Shown: positions 35,724 to 49,640, counted from the first letter of the stretch. The stretch: 64,000 nucleotides of DNA from Takakia lepidozioides (GCA_030704615.1 CM060731.1:92752001-92816000); one strand, 5' to 3'. Notes: generated by a model from the sequence alone, not told the origin. Translations and numbers: made by a program.

Positions 35724-38700
35724 TTACTGTTTGGGATTAGCAAACCTTTGTGAGTGAGCACCCTTCTGACGTTGAGAGTCTCGTGAAGGACTTTGTGTGC
35801 GAGCCCGAGGTCTGCCACTGGTTGACGGAGATGATTGAACACTACCTGGATATGTAAGGCCCTCTGGAGGCTGATATCGAGGTAATCTTTCAGGCATAGG
35901 AGACCCCCGTCGCTTCTTTTCTTCCATCTGAATTGCATAGTCTTCTCCCATGTCAAAAGAATCCTTCGAAGAAACAGTTGTATCAGAATCCTCATCGCCT
36001 CTCAGGTGTTTTGGTTGTCGAACTTTTGGTGGAATCCTCTGGGGCATACAATGTTGTCCTACCATGTCTGGAAGTTTATATTTTAAAACTTGGTATAAAC
36101 GCTGAACTGCAAAATTGGTGAAGACACTGAGCTCCTTGTCTGTCCAGGTGAATGGGGTACCAATGACTTGTGACTTGTTCAAGTATTTCCATGCCACATG
36201 TGCCTTAGAGAAAATATCATCAATGCCGAATTTCTGTGTTGACAAATTGTTCCAGGCTGCCTGAAACCATGAACGAATTTGAGAATCGTTTTGCATCATA
36301 ACTTTTGGCTCATATAGGTACATATGAGGTGGCACTGAAGGTAAGACCCAATGATCCCCACTGGAATAACTCAGAAAGCGCGCTTGCATCTTTTGCTGCT
36401 CAATGTGATAACGTACCAGAAAACAAGCAGCGTAGTATAATCCACATCCCATGACAATACTCACTACCTCCTTGGTCTTGGTATAAATGAATCCATGTAC
36501 AACTTGGAAGGCAATTAATTCCCTCAACATTGTACCTGCCTCATGCCAGTATTGTGCAAAGTGATGATCTTCAATTGGTCGATTGTTCGGAAGAACTTTA
36601 GTCCTAGTTGCCACTGGCAGCCAAATACGCATGATTTGGTAGTAATGTGCGAATGACTGCGGAGGACTAAATTCTTTCCAAGCCAAATCCAACATGATGG
36701 GAATTTGGTTGAAGGGCAGAATCATAGCCCTACTGTACTCCCTTGCAGCTGGAGTTTTAGGTGGGTTAAAAGCAGCATTGCCCCATACTTCAGACTGTGG
36801 TGGTTGTGGTGTAGTTGTAGTAACAACAGGGTCAGCTATTGGCACAGTGACTTGTTGTGATGTTGGTGGCACTGGCTCTTGTACCATTGGCATCTCCTGC
36901 ACCTCCTGTGAAGAAGACTGAAAAGCTAAAGTTCTCGCTTTTAAATAAGAAGCCATTAGCTGTTCATCAGGTACACAGACTCTCTTGTCGATATTTGAAG
37001 TGAGGTCCTCCACTTGAGTCTGCAGGCCGTCTATATCCTCCTGTAACTCTGCTATCCTACTATAGACAATGTCTATAGTAGTTGTGGCAATGTTCTGCAC
37101 TTGCAGCCTGAGCTCATTCATCTCGCTTTGGGTGAGCTTTCGTGGTGCTTTGCCCTCCACTGGCCCTTGTGCTAACCAGACCTGCATAAGGTGGTTATCC
37201 ACCAAGTTGCTTGTGGTTCCTCTGAGAGTGTGCTCCTCTCTTTGTTTGTACACATCTAACTGCTGTTGTAAAGCCTCCATACGCTTCGCATGAGGTTCAA
37301 CCAAATTCGCATAGGCAGCAGCCAGATTATTGGCTTCCTTCCAAGCTTTGTTAGCCACAGAGAGTTCATTTCTATTGGCCATGACCGTTTGTTGCAACTT
37401 CAGGATGTGCCTCTCTTGGTCAGCTTCAACCTGCCTATATTGCTTGAAAGTATCCTCATTGCGACAGATTGTATTTTTCATGTCGACAATGAGTTTCATT
37501 TGCTCAACATTCTCTGCTTCTGCCTTCATACTTTTTTCCGCTTGACTGTTTATTTCTATTGTAGATTGGTCAAGCATAGTTGTGAGTGTAGCACATTGGA
37601 TGGCCATCCTGTCATGCACTGTCTGCAACTCCGTATGTAGTGCATTTACTTGTTGCAACTTGCTTTCATGCTTCACCTGCATTTGGTATAGCTGTTGCTT
37701 ATGTGCTTCGTGCAACTGGTCTTGCGCGAGGCCTGCCTCAATCAATTGTTCCTTGGCCAATTGCAGAGCCGCTTCTGTATTTTCCAAGTCCTGCTGCATC
37801 TTGAGAGTGACCTCCTCATCGACCTTGTTTGCACACTCAGTGGCTAGTCGAGCCTCAAACTCCTTCCTGAGTTCCTCTCTCAAGGCTGTCAATTGGGTAG
37901 TTGGAACATGGGATTTGACATAAGTCCCCAACAAATTAAGTGTCCTGCCTATGGAACTCATCAGCATTGCCTGTTGAGGGTCATCATGGTGAGGTTGCTG
38001 CTGTTCCTCCTGATCCTCAACCGTGTGATGTCTCACGAACCATTCAGGCCATTGTCCCACCAGATTTTCTTCCTGAACCACATCATCCATCACCGGTGCT
38101 GCAGTGTCTTGACATTCTACCTGTGGTACCTCCGCCACAGGTGTGTGTATTATATGCACCTCAGGATTTCCCTTGGGCAACTGTTGCACCTCTGGAATCT
38201 CTGCCTCCTTGACCAGACCAGAATATTCATAGAGAAGGTCCCCCTTCTCAATTTCCGCCACTATCTGTTCTGTAGTTGGAATATCTAACCCTTCTTTTTC
38301 CAAATCAATTATTTCTGGTTGAGCTGCATGGACAACTTGTAACCTTGTGACAAGCCGATCAGCTGGCTGTGATGGTTGTGATACTGAAGTAACTTCCTCC
38401 TCCCTTTCTGAAGGTCCTGCTTCCAGTAATAGCAGTTCTCTGTGCTGCTATGCCCCTTCCTGCACATGAGCTTGGGAAACATTATCATGCGGAATCCGTG
38501 AAGCCTGTGGATCTGCGACTACAGTTTTTCCCCGTCTCTGCCTCTTAGTCTTGGGTTGCCCTGCTAGTCCACCCTCACTGTGTGAAGAGCCTTGCTCTTC
38601 CATTGCAGTGGTTTCTGGCTCAAACACTCACATCTCCTTTCTTTCTTGCGCATCAAGTATGCCAGAATCAAGAATTATTTGAGCAACGATTGGGCCAGAC

Positions 38701-39278
38701 ACTATGATAGGAGACTTTGCGGTAGTACCTTGTAATCTTTTCATCTCCTCTACCAGTGCGTTGTACATTATGTCCGCCCATTCTACCTCTTGTCCTTTCA
38801 GGGCTTTGAGTATTTCCTCCGTGAAGGATCTGCTCAAATACTGTTGGTTCTGTTTCATGGCAATCAGACCGTTCAATACCTGGCCTACCTCCTTTAGCCC
38901 TGGGTACACGGCCTTGGTACAAGCATAACCCTGAGTTTTAAAGAAACTCCCTTCTTGGAATAAGTTCCCTATTTGCAGTCTTGCCCTGTGCTCCTCCACA
39001 TGCACCTGACCTGCTGGCAATCAAAACAATTGCTGGAGGTATAGGGGAGTAATTACTAATTCAACTCCCTTCACCGTTGTTGTTCCTGTCCTTGGCTCAA
39101 AGTTCTGCAAGAATTGTAACATGTACTGTCTATGGTGCAATGTCCAATCTATGCTTTGCAATCCTTGCAATCTCAGCTCCTTTAGTATCTGTACTGCCTG
39201 TGGAGTAGCAATCGTTTGTTTCTGCAGGATTGTGGTGCTCTTCACCTTGATTTCCTCCATTCCTCTCACTCTCTTCAT
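35724..39278 (-). pseudogene. ORF3: ~1185-codon extra ORF (N-terminal plant-transposon-type domain, coiled coil, unknown C-terminal domain)
   Basis: Track ORFs 39021-39401, 38628-39020 and 35724-38303 share one frame; only three in-frame stops (39021, 38628, 38448). Conserved with the copy at 6471-16936. Confidence 0.88.
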
Positions 39279-39758
39279 TCTAGACCCACAGAAATGTTTT
39301 GGCTGTAACAACTGAAGAAATGCCTGTAGTGCACAAAGCATAAACGTATGGTTGCCACAAAAAGCTATGGGTAATTTCTTGTAAGCCTGTGGGGCTTGCA
39401 AGCATCGCTCAAGAGAAAAGATCCGTCCCTATGCCACTGCGTAAGTAGTATTGCAAGCGTATAGTCTGTTAGTTCCTCCATAGCTTCAAAGCTATCGCAT
39501 TGATGGTTTGTCCCTTCGCGACGCCCGTTACTTAGAACGACGCCGCTCTTGCGCCTAATTCCCCTCCAATTTCTTGATCCCTTCTCTGGCTTTTGATTGG
39601 CTGTAACCGCTGTGACTGGATTTTTGATTTAATGTTCTTTAGTGGACTTTCCCTATTGGACTGTCCACTAGGATTACACATATGACAAGAATTTCGCTTT
39701 TCTGTACTTGCCGTTTGTTCCGTTCCCCTTTTTCTGTATTCATTAATGGGCCCGCCAT

Positions 39759-42700
39759 TCATCCTTGTGACGCGCTAAGTAGGTACTTTGACGGCCATTC
39801 TTGTCTTCTTTCTTGATGACACATGTTCTTGCACTTCCTTCTCAGCTGTGTGTCGCCCCCTGACTTCCACGTGTCTATTTTTAAACTGGTTTCCGTCCTT
39901 TCTTCCGTCGGCCATTTTCCTGAAGTTAATGTGCGTCCACCTGTCACTGATTCTATGGATTGTGTAACCCTAGTAGGCTGTGTTGAGCTATGACAGGCTG
40001 TGTCATACTGTGGTACGCTGTGATAGGCTGTGATGCACTGTGGTAAGCTGTGATAGGCTGTGATGCACCGTGCTGGGCTTTGATAGGCTGTGTCACGTTG
40101 TGATTGGCTGTGATAGGCTCGCCTTGATGGGCTGTGATAGGCTGTGTCACACTTGTTTTGCCCTCCCTGGTCATATATGCTCGGCCTAGCGACAAGTGCT
40201 CCATACTCCGTTCGTAACACTGGTGCAGCCTGTGACTGCTCTTGCGTTTCATCATGCAAATCATGCTGCAATGGTTTGTCATGGATACCACTGTACCCCT
40301 TCAACTTATTGGCATTGACTCTTCCCAGCATTTCTTTGTTAATGGTTTGTAACATGGCGGTGTTGTTATCATACATCTTTTGTATGACATAAGGTCCTTT
40401 CCATGGTGATTTAAGCTTAGAAGCTTTAATCTTTCCTTTTTTTTGCAACCATAGAACCAAATCTCCCGTCTTAAAAGTTTTTAACTTGCCTTCATCAAAC
40501 TGTTCCTTCCTCTTTATCTGAATTCTGGTCATATTATCAGCTGCATCAGCACGTACTTCTTCCACATGGTATAATTCATGTTTCCTGACTTTAATGGAAT
40601 CTTGCAATTCCATTCTCTTTCCCCACTCCGTTCTCATGGTAGGTAACAGGAATTCCACTGGAAGTAAGGCTTCCATACCATAAACTAATTGGAATGGTGT
40701 ATACTTAGTGGTGACTTTATATGAAATCTTGTATGACCACAAAGCTGTCAACAGCTTTGTATCCCAATCCGTTCTGTTTGCATTGACTATCTTAGCCAAG
40801 ATAGTACATAGTATTTTGTTGGTAGCATCTGCCTGTCCATTACCCTGTGGGTAATATGTTGTACTCTTCCTATGCACAATCATGAATTCTTTAGTCAATA
40901 ATTCAATGGTCTCATTAATGAAGTGACTTCCCTGATCACTGATAAATTCTAAGGGACAGCCAAATCGTGTAAGTATGTTCTCATATAGAAACCTTGCTGT
41001 GGACTTGGCTGTGTTGTCCCTCAAAGCTTTAGCTTCCACCCATTTCGTAGTATAATCAGTGGCTGTAATTATGTACCTGTTCCGTGTATTCTTGGCTGGT
41101 GGGTTAATTGGTCCAACAAAGTCTAGTCCCCATTTCTGAAATGGTTCCGTAGGCATTGTAGGATGCAATGCCATCCTTCCAGATCTCTGCAAAGTTCCTG
41201 GCCTCTGACATTCATCACAACTCTGACAATACTCGTGTACATCTTTGAACAAAGTTGGCCACCAGTAACCTGCGAGTAGTAGCTTCCTACTGGTAGTCTC
41301 TTCTCCAAAATGACCTCCAGCCACTCCTTTATGAACTTCCTCCAAAACTTTATTTACTTCATGGTGGTACAAACATCGTTTTAGTACTCCATCAGGTCCT
41401 AACTTATACATTCTGCTTCCTACCATAGTATAAGGTAAAGCTTTGATAGCGATTCTCTTTTTCTGCTCCTTACCATAACTAGGTGGGCATTGACCATGAG
41501 TAAGGTAGTATCTGATTGGCCACTGCCAATCTAACCATTCATCTGCACTTCCTTGCACCTCCATTACAAATAAACTCGCATCAGGTAACTGATCGTCCAC
41601 TCCTGTGGCAGCCTCTCCTGTTGTTAGTCGTGACAAATGATCTGCCACAAGATGCAAACGGCCAGGCTTGTAAATAACTTCGAACTCAAACTCATGCAAG
41701 ATTATCAACCACCTCGCTATCCTTCCACTTATCAAAGGTTTGTTCACCAGATATATCAGAGCCTGGTGATCCACATAAAACATAAACTTTCTTCCCAATA
41801 GGTAATGCCTGAATTTCTTGACTGCATAAATCATTGCCAGTGCTTCTCTTTCAGTTGTGCTATAGTTCCTTTTAGCACTGTTCATCAACGTGCTAGCATA
41901 GTACACAGGTGAATTTATATTTCCTGTAACATTTTGGGCTAACACCACTCCCAACGCTTCTCCTGATGCATCGCAGTGAACGTGAAATACTACATGCTAG
42001 TGAGGGTTAATCAGCACAAGTGTAGTTGTTACTGACAGTGTAAGTTCCTCGAACGCCTATTGACATTCAGCTGTCCAGGCAAACACTACATCTTTCTTCA
42101 GTAGCTTGCTCAATGGTGCTGCTATTTGTGCATACCTTTTGACAAATCTTCTGTAATAACTGGTGTGCCCAAGGAATCTCCTTAGACTCTTAACATTCAC
42201 TGGTGGTGGAGAGGCTTTAATGGCCTCTGTCTTCCTGGGATCCACAAGAAGTCCCCTCTTACACACAATGTGTCCTAGAAGCACCCCTGAGTTCACACAG
42301 AAAGTACACTTCTCTGGATTCAGGCCCAGACCTCTCATCCTGCATCTGGCCAAGCATAACTCCAATTTATGCAAGTGTTCATTCTTAGAGCTGTACACAC
42401 TGAAATCATCCAAGAACACCTGCATGAAATCATCCAGATACTCATGAAAAGATTCACTTATCACTCTCTGAAAGGTCGCTGGTGCATTACAAAGTCCAAA
42501 GGGCATGACTTTGTATGCATAAGCACCCCAGTCTGTGATGAAAGCTGTTTTTCCTTGGTCTCCTTCTGCCACTTGTACTTGATTATAACCACTGAACCCA
42601 TCCATGAATGAGTACATCTCATGGCCTGCTACAGTGTCCAATACTGCTTCTGTGAATGGCAAAGGAAAAGGATCTTTCTTCGTACAAGCATTTAGCTTCT

Positions 42701-45700
42701 TGTAGTTCACACATACTCTTAGTTTACCATTCTTCTTGGGAACTATAACAATGGGTGACAACCAAGTTGTATACTCTATTGGGTATATAAACTTAGCCTC
42801 AACCAACTTCTTGATCTCTTCTCCAACCTTCTGTGCGTAGTTGGGATTCATTCTGTACCTCGCCTGCTTGATTGGTACTGACCCTGGTTCCAGTTCAATC
42901 TTATGCTGACAGACTTCAGGTGGTATTCCTTTTAGATCCTCATAGCTCCAAGCAAATACATCTCTGTATTTGATGAACAAGCTCTTAGCTTCTTCAAAGA
43001 ATTCTGGCTCCAAATCAGCTCCTACTTTCACCATCCTCGGTTCCTCTTTAGTTCCCACATTCACTTCCCTCACCTGCTCATCAGCTGTGATTGTCCAACC
43101 AGTCACCACTTCATCCTGTAATCTCACAGTGGCTGGTTCCTCTAGGATTTCCATTTCTCCTTCTCTTTCTTCATAGAAATGTGATGGGTAACTGCTGGTT
43201 TCCTCTTCAGTTGGTGTTGCTGTCACTACACCACAACAGATACCTCTTAAACAACTTAGGCTTTCCAGCCGTATCTCTGCAACTTGCTCCCACTCTGGGT
43301 GTGCAGCAAACAGGGTAGCTTCCTGCTCCTCATCCAGTCCTTCTCTCCAGTCATACTCTCTGACTCCTCGAGGTCTTCTCGTAGCAGGTAATCTACTAGA
43401 TTTCTTTGTGGTAATTTGTATCTCGTGTATCCCATTATGCACGGTTAATAACTGAGAATTCCAGTCATGGAATACCCTGGCCTGCTTCAGCCACGGACGT
43501 CCCAATAATAAGGAGTAAGCCTCCATGACTTCATCCATCTTCAACACAGTTACTGTGATCATAAAGATCATCTTCTATATCTGTATCTTAACTCCTCTTA
43601 TTAATCCCAATGGCTGTACACTTCTTTGATCTGCCATTGTTACTGTAAATGGGGCTGGTTTCATGTTACTTAGACCAAGCTTCTTTCTCAATTGGTCTGT
43701 CATGATATTTACTCCAGAACCTCCATCTATCAGTACATCAGTTAGTTCTGTGCTTCCAATTCTCAATTGGATTATTGGCATAGAATCATCAAAGTCCATG
43801 ATTGTTTCTTGCCCTTCCGGCTTCACAGTATAACTGGTCACCTTGCTGTTCAGGTCTGTGTTTCCGGTCTCCTGGGCAATTCGATTGATTGCTTGATACA
43901 GCTTGTGCCTACAATAAGGTGCCACGGCCAATAGCTGTCCAATGGTAATTTCTGCTTTGGTCTGGCATATTACTTCAGCCAAAGTTTCTTCATTACTTTG
44001 CATGTCTGCATCTTCTTTCTTCCTTTCATCTTCACTCCCTTCTTCTTCTCCATCAGAATCAGAGGAATCTGCCACAGGAATATCAGTACTCTTCTGCATT
44101 TCCCTTATGGTATCTGCAACTTCCTTGTGCAGTTCCTTCTCCTCTCTCCAAGCCCCATCATCTTCAGGTATATCACTGCCACCTTCATTATCATCATCTT
44201 CCTCAACTACCGGAGGTATTAATTTGGCTTTGCTTCTGGTTACTATCATTGTACTTACTTCTGGTACAACACATGGCCTAACCATGTGAGCTGCCACCAC
44301 TGGGCCCTCATTCACAGGAGCTCTCATCTCATTCTGGTGTCTTATCCAGAATGAACAGGCTGCCTTGCGATGTCCTGGCTGATTACAATAGTAACATAGT
44401 TCTTCACCATTGGGTCCTCGCCCTTGGTCTGCTCTTGGATTATTTCTGTAATCCTGATTCCCGGGCTGGTAATTCCCCCTTGGATTACCTTGATAGTTGC
44501 CTCTGGAATTTCCTTGGTAATTCCCTCTTGAATTACCTCTCCCTTCCATGCCATTGTTATAACCACCAGACCTACCATAGTGGTCCTGATCATTGTTTCT
44601 TCTTGGCTGGGGCTGCACCTGATGCACCCTTACTTGCCTAGGTTCTCTTGCAGCTGTCCTTCTGTTGTAGTAACAATTCTCAGTAGAATGGTTATCCATT
44701 TTACAGATAGTACAGTGTTTCTCCTTCATGTGGCATTCTGTGGTGGTATGGCCTTCATTTTGGCACTTTGCACACCATACACCCTTCCTCCAATGTGTTG
44801 CAGCCTCTGTGGCATATTTCTTCAAGATTTCTTCCAATCTTTTTTCATAGTTATCCCTCTTCAACTTCTCCTTTCTCTTACTCTTCCTTTTAGTTCTTGC
44901 TCTTCTTCTTCATCTGACTCCTCCTCAGAGTCTTCATCATCCCTTTTCTCTCTCCTGAGCATTCCCAATTGCTCAATTCTGTTTGCAGTTTCAAATGCCT
45001 CCTCCACTGTATTATGGGATAACATATCCACTTTCTTTTGCAACTCTGGCCTTAGTCCACTCACAAACCAAGTCTTCTGTAAACCGGGTGCTGGTACTGC
45101 AGCCAGCTTTTTCATCATCAATTCCATCTTTTCCATATACTCCTCAACAGTTTCATGCTTCTTTTGCTTTAACTGTTGTAAACTTCCATACACTTCATCC
45201 TCAGTTTTACTTGTCTTGAACCTATTTCGAAATGTTGTATTCAAGCCATTCCAGGTTAGGAAATGATTATCAGGGAATCTTGCATACCATTCACTTGCTT
45301 TCTTTATAAGTGAACACGGAAACAGTCTCATCTTGGCATCATCGCCATTCTCATTGTTCACTATACACATGTGCTCAAATTGGCTAATGTGTATATCAGG
45401 ATCCCCTTTTCCTGAATATATTGGAAAAGGTGGTTTTGCCCGTGTTGGTTGTAACGCCATCTGTGGCCCTACCTTCTACCCACTGACAGGTGCTGGCACC
45501 CTTGCTGGTGCTGGTCCTTCTGGACCTCTTGTTTTTGTGGTGGATCTTCCACCAAGTGGTGGCCCTTGAGCACTCCCTGCTTCTGGCCCCACGATATTCA
45601 CAATATTCCCAGCTTCAGTTGCACTACTTCCCGCACTCCCTGTCCCCCCAGAGCCAGATCCAGGCAGCCCGCCTGATCCCCCTGAGCCGACACCTTCGTT

Positions 45701-46291
45701 GGCCTGTGATCCAAGTGCTCCACTTGATCCAGGTCCAATGGGTTGGGATGTCCTGGTTGTAGTCTCAACCTCAGCTGTTGGGTCTACTTCTTCATATTCT
45801 TCCTCTTCCAATTTCTTCTCTCTGTTTTCATCCTCCAAGTTCTGCCCTTGGGTTTCTTCTTCACTCATGTAACTCAACTGTAATGGTGTTGGAGAGTCTG
45901 AACTCTCCGTTGGCTCTGCCACATCCTCTCCTCCTTCTTCACCTTCCGCTTCAGAAACTGGAGTTCCTGCTTTTGGTATTCCATGCCAACTCTTATCAAA
46001 GATTTCTGTCAAATCTTTTATCCAGGGATGTACCTCAGATCTTTCACCTCGTGATTGATCTTCTTCTCGTACCAATTCCCTTAATCTTTCTCGCAAAGAA
46101 ACAGAAGGAGTGTCATTCAACTCTAGTTCTTCTGGTATGGGTGATGTACTCTTTGATCTTAATGGCGTGAGAGGTCCAGATGATTCCCCTATGTCTATTC
46201 CTCTCTCCCAAAGATATGGATAATTAGCTTTCAGATAGCTTTCTCTTTTTGCTAAATATCTCTGGCGTCTAGCTTCTCTTTCATCACTCAT
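39759..46291 (-). pseudogene. gag-pol: Gag-Pol polyprotein with premature stops
   Basis: Gag (YSGKGDPDIH), CCHC knuckles, LIDGGSG protease, RT FLDD, RNase H HCDASG, integrase HHCC / WGLDFVGP / GPY. TAG stops at 45476, 43575, 42057 and ~41997; frameshift ~44900. Confidence 0.94.
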
Positions 46292-46876
46292 GTCCCATGT
46301 CTTTCATTTCTTTTAATGTGGCAATAACCAAAACTCTCTTCTGTAATATCTCTCGTATATGCCTGGGTTTCTTTCAAGCTTCAATGCACCCTTGGTTATA
46401 CTTGAAGTCTCCGTTACCATATAACCATATGGCAAACAAGTCTGAAAAGCTGTTCTTGGTGTGAGTTTGATCCACAAAATATCCTTTGGAATCCAATTCT
46501 TTACCAATACAAGCTCTTCATGCATATGAGTATAAACATTCACTTTTCTTTCCTCCCAGCCTTCAACTCTACTCGCTTAATGGATAGCAATGCTATCACA
46601 TATACCAATGTTGGTAACCAACGTGCTCTTCCTCTACAGGCCACCTGATAAATCTTTATCACTCCTTTCTCCAGACCCCACTCTGGGTTAGCATCATGCA
46701 CTCTCTTAAGAATGTTTTCTTTACAACCGTCCGGCAATTCCAAAAACCTCTGGAAGAATCGTTGGACAATCTTTCCTTCTCAGTTTCACAAGGAATTTGA
46801 TTCACATCAAATTCTTTAATTCTCCATCCACCATGATCCCACCAGATGCCTGTTACATCTGGTTGTTCATGACCCA

Positions 46877-46896
46877 GATCCCCAGTATGGTCGCCA
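46877..46896 (-). promoter_or_regulatory. Primer-binding site (probably tRNA-Arg)
   Basis: TGGCGACCATACTGGGGATC next to the 5' LTR; resembles the TGGCGAC-type tRNA-Arg PBS of Ogre/Tat elements. Confidence 0.75.
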
Positions 46897-46898
46897 AA

Positions 46899-47825
46899 TG
46901 TCGCGGGGCTTTTACTCACCCATCCCTTCGCTATCCGAGGCGGAAACTCCAAGATAGAAGAGTTGGAAATCTCCAAGTACTCAGCCCGCTCAGAACAATC
47001 AGTCATGACCTACAGCTAGTGTATCATGGGGGTGTTTCCTATTTGTTTTCCTTTCCGCATTCATGTTAGCTAGCTACCTTACTATTGATAATTGAGTATC
47101 AGTTTGCTCATCAACTCATCCATTCATTCCACAGCTTCACTCAGATCTCTCTACACAGTGTGATTGTATCGTATCAGTATCAGATTATGATTTATCAGGT
47201 ATCAGGCCGAAGCCATTGTGTCTCTAATCTCCTCTACAATATCACTACAGCTTTGCATATAACAAGCATTTACTAATCATCTCTCCTCCTTCCCCGTGCT
47301 CTCCATGCTTGTTTTCGTTCTTGCTCTCCGCCCGATCCCCTCTCATCCATGACCAAAAATTCCCCCCTCGAGTGCTTCCAAGATTGATCCCCTCTTCTCC
47401 GTCCTTGCTTCTCCCTTTATCTTCCTACCCGTGGCTCTAACCGTTTTCCTCACTAACTGTCGTCCGTGAACTAACATGTTCCATTTGCAGGTGTTGTTCC
47501 CCACAGTCGTTCCCTGTCCTGCTCTCCGTTCCCTATGGTCGTGACAGCTGTGTCAAGCTGTGACTGGCTGTGCGATTGTGTTTGGCTGTGTCGAGCTATG
47601 ACTAGCTGTGTGGCTGTGTCGGCTGTGACGGGCTGTGTTGGCTGTGATGGCTGTGTCGGCTGTGACGACTGTGACGGGCTGTGTTGGCTGTGATGGACTG
47701 TGTAACCCCCTTTTACAGTGTGCTGCTGTCACCCCTAAGGCTCCTGTTGATCTCAGTCTGTGCAAAAATTAAGGGTACCCTACAGATCCCGTAAAAATGT
47801 CTAAGTCCCTGGCAGTCCTCTAACA
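46899..47825 (-). repeat. 5' LTR
   Basis: 927 bp, TG...CA; about 5 substitutions plus a few indels versus the 3' LTR by eye. Confidence 0.95.
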
Positions 47826-48999
47826 TGCGACCGCAATCGCAAGGTGTGGTTTTTTTTTTAATGTACGATGTGCAGAATTTTGTCCATCCTGCAAATGTGG
47901 GTTGTTGGCTCCTGTTAGTACCATGATTTGATATTCTTCTTGATGTTTACAAGGTTCTTGGGAGAGTCAGCTTGGTCTTAGCAGACCGTGTTTCAAAGTC
48001 TGCCTACTCAGCTGCACCGTGGTGCAGGTTCTCATTGACCAATCCGACATTACCTGACTACAGACACAAGCATCACACACAAGGTCAAATCCTCCATGGG
48101 TCATGACACAAGGTCAAGGACAGTGTGGTGAGGGCACCTTCTTCTTCGACCTATTTCAGCATGTTTTGCCTCTCATCAGACGCCCTGAGATGCATATTGA
48201 ATTTTGTAAGTTAGCTCATTGCTCGTTGATAAGTAGGGTTGGGGGTGTTTGCTGGAACAATTCTAGGCTGTCATTGTCAGCTGCTAGCAGGAAGGCAAGG
48301 ATGTATGCATAGATAGCTGAAGGATTTTGTGCAGAGGCATAGATAGCTGAAGGAGCAGGGATAGAGTGTGGGCCCAAATTCGTCCAAGAGGGCCGGATTT
48401 CAAGCTCCATTATTTCAGTGTCATCCATTCAGCCAGGGATTTCCTGGTGACATTGCCAAGGCTTTACTCGCAACACGATGCTTGTAAAGCTTCCTTAGCT
48501 TGAATGCTGATTATGCTTGAATTATTAGGTTTGTAAAGCCAGTTTTGAAATTTTCATGGTAATCAGCTCTCTTGAAAATTTGTAGGTTGCAAGCCATTTA
48601 CAGCGGGCCGTGGGTGGACTGGAAGACAGCCATTGAAAGTCCAGGTGCAAGTTAATACCAGTGGAGAGCAGAATAAGCTTCATATGCCCTTTTGGTGCTA
48701 GTTATCTTCATGTACGGTACTGTTGAACACCAACAATCTTTTGGTGAGATTCTGTCTTGGTGCACATGTCTGATAAAGAAAGACGGTAATGTTTGTTCTG
48801 AAACCTGAAGGCGTGAAATGATTCAACACAACAAGAGCATTACGCGTGTCACAGTACAAGCTGTAAGAAAGTAAGAGATACATAGTTATACAGTCAAACA
48901 GACAACTATTAGTTTCTGTGGAATCTCTTGCCAATGGCAGGATGGGTTGGGAATAGCCAAGTCAGGAGGTGAATACCTGTCAAATTACCACATGTCCTT

Positions 49000-49464
49000 T
49001 TGAACACTGCCCCTGCCCTGGTGGACATGTACGCCAATTGTGGGTGCATTGAGGATGCAAAGGGAGTGTTCAACACTGTGGCTGAACGAGATGTGGTGTC
49101 GTGGAGTGCGATGCTTGCTGGGTATGCACAGCTGGGGTGCGGGATGGAGGCTCCAACCTTTGAGAAAATGATGGGGGAAGGGGTGAAGGCCGCCGACATA
49201 ACGTTTGTGTGCGTTTGCAGTGCGTCTGCAGCCCTGGAAAAGGGCAAAGAGATCCCTGGTGACATCATCAAATCTGCAATTGTACCAGATGTCATCCTGA
49301 ACATGGCTCTGGTGGCCATGTATGCTAAATGTGGGAGCATTGAGGATGCCAAGGGAGTGTTCAACACTATGGCTGAACTAGATGTGGTGTCGTGGAATGC
49401 GATGCTTGAAGGGTGTGCAGAGCAGGAGCGCGGGATGGGGCTTTGGACACCTGAAAGCAAATGA
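49000..49464 (+). pseudogene. Captured PLS-class PPR gene fragment
   Basis: ALVDMYANCGCIEDAKGVF...RDVVSWSAMLAGYAQ...ALVAMYAKCGSIEDA...DVVSWNAML. Confidence 0.92.
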
Positions 49465-49640
49465 TGGAGAAAAGAATGAAGGTACCTTCTTCAGCATATT
49501 TCACCCTGTTTTCCCTGCTAGTGTTTGCTTTGACAATTCTAGGCTGTCATTGTCAGCTGCTAGCAGCAAGGTGAGGATGTATGCATGATTTGTGCAGAGG
49601 CATGGATAGCTGAAGGAGCAGGGATTTCGTGTGGGTCCAG

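Larger units (their letters stand above)
34744..47825 (-). mobile_element. Full-length non-chromoviral Ty3/gypsy LTR retrotransposon with a large 3' extra ORF
   Basis: LTRs 34744-35684 and 46899-47825; TSD TGCGA (34739-34743, 47826-47830); PBS TGGCGACCATACTGGGGATC; PPT at ~35685-35705; gag-PR-RT-RH-INT without chromodomain. Confidence 0.97.

Noticed and set aside
35724-39278. Calling ORF3 an envelope (env) gene
   Set aside because: Only its position fits; no signal peptide or transmembrane anchor is evident.
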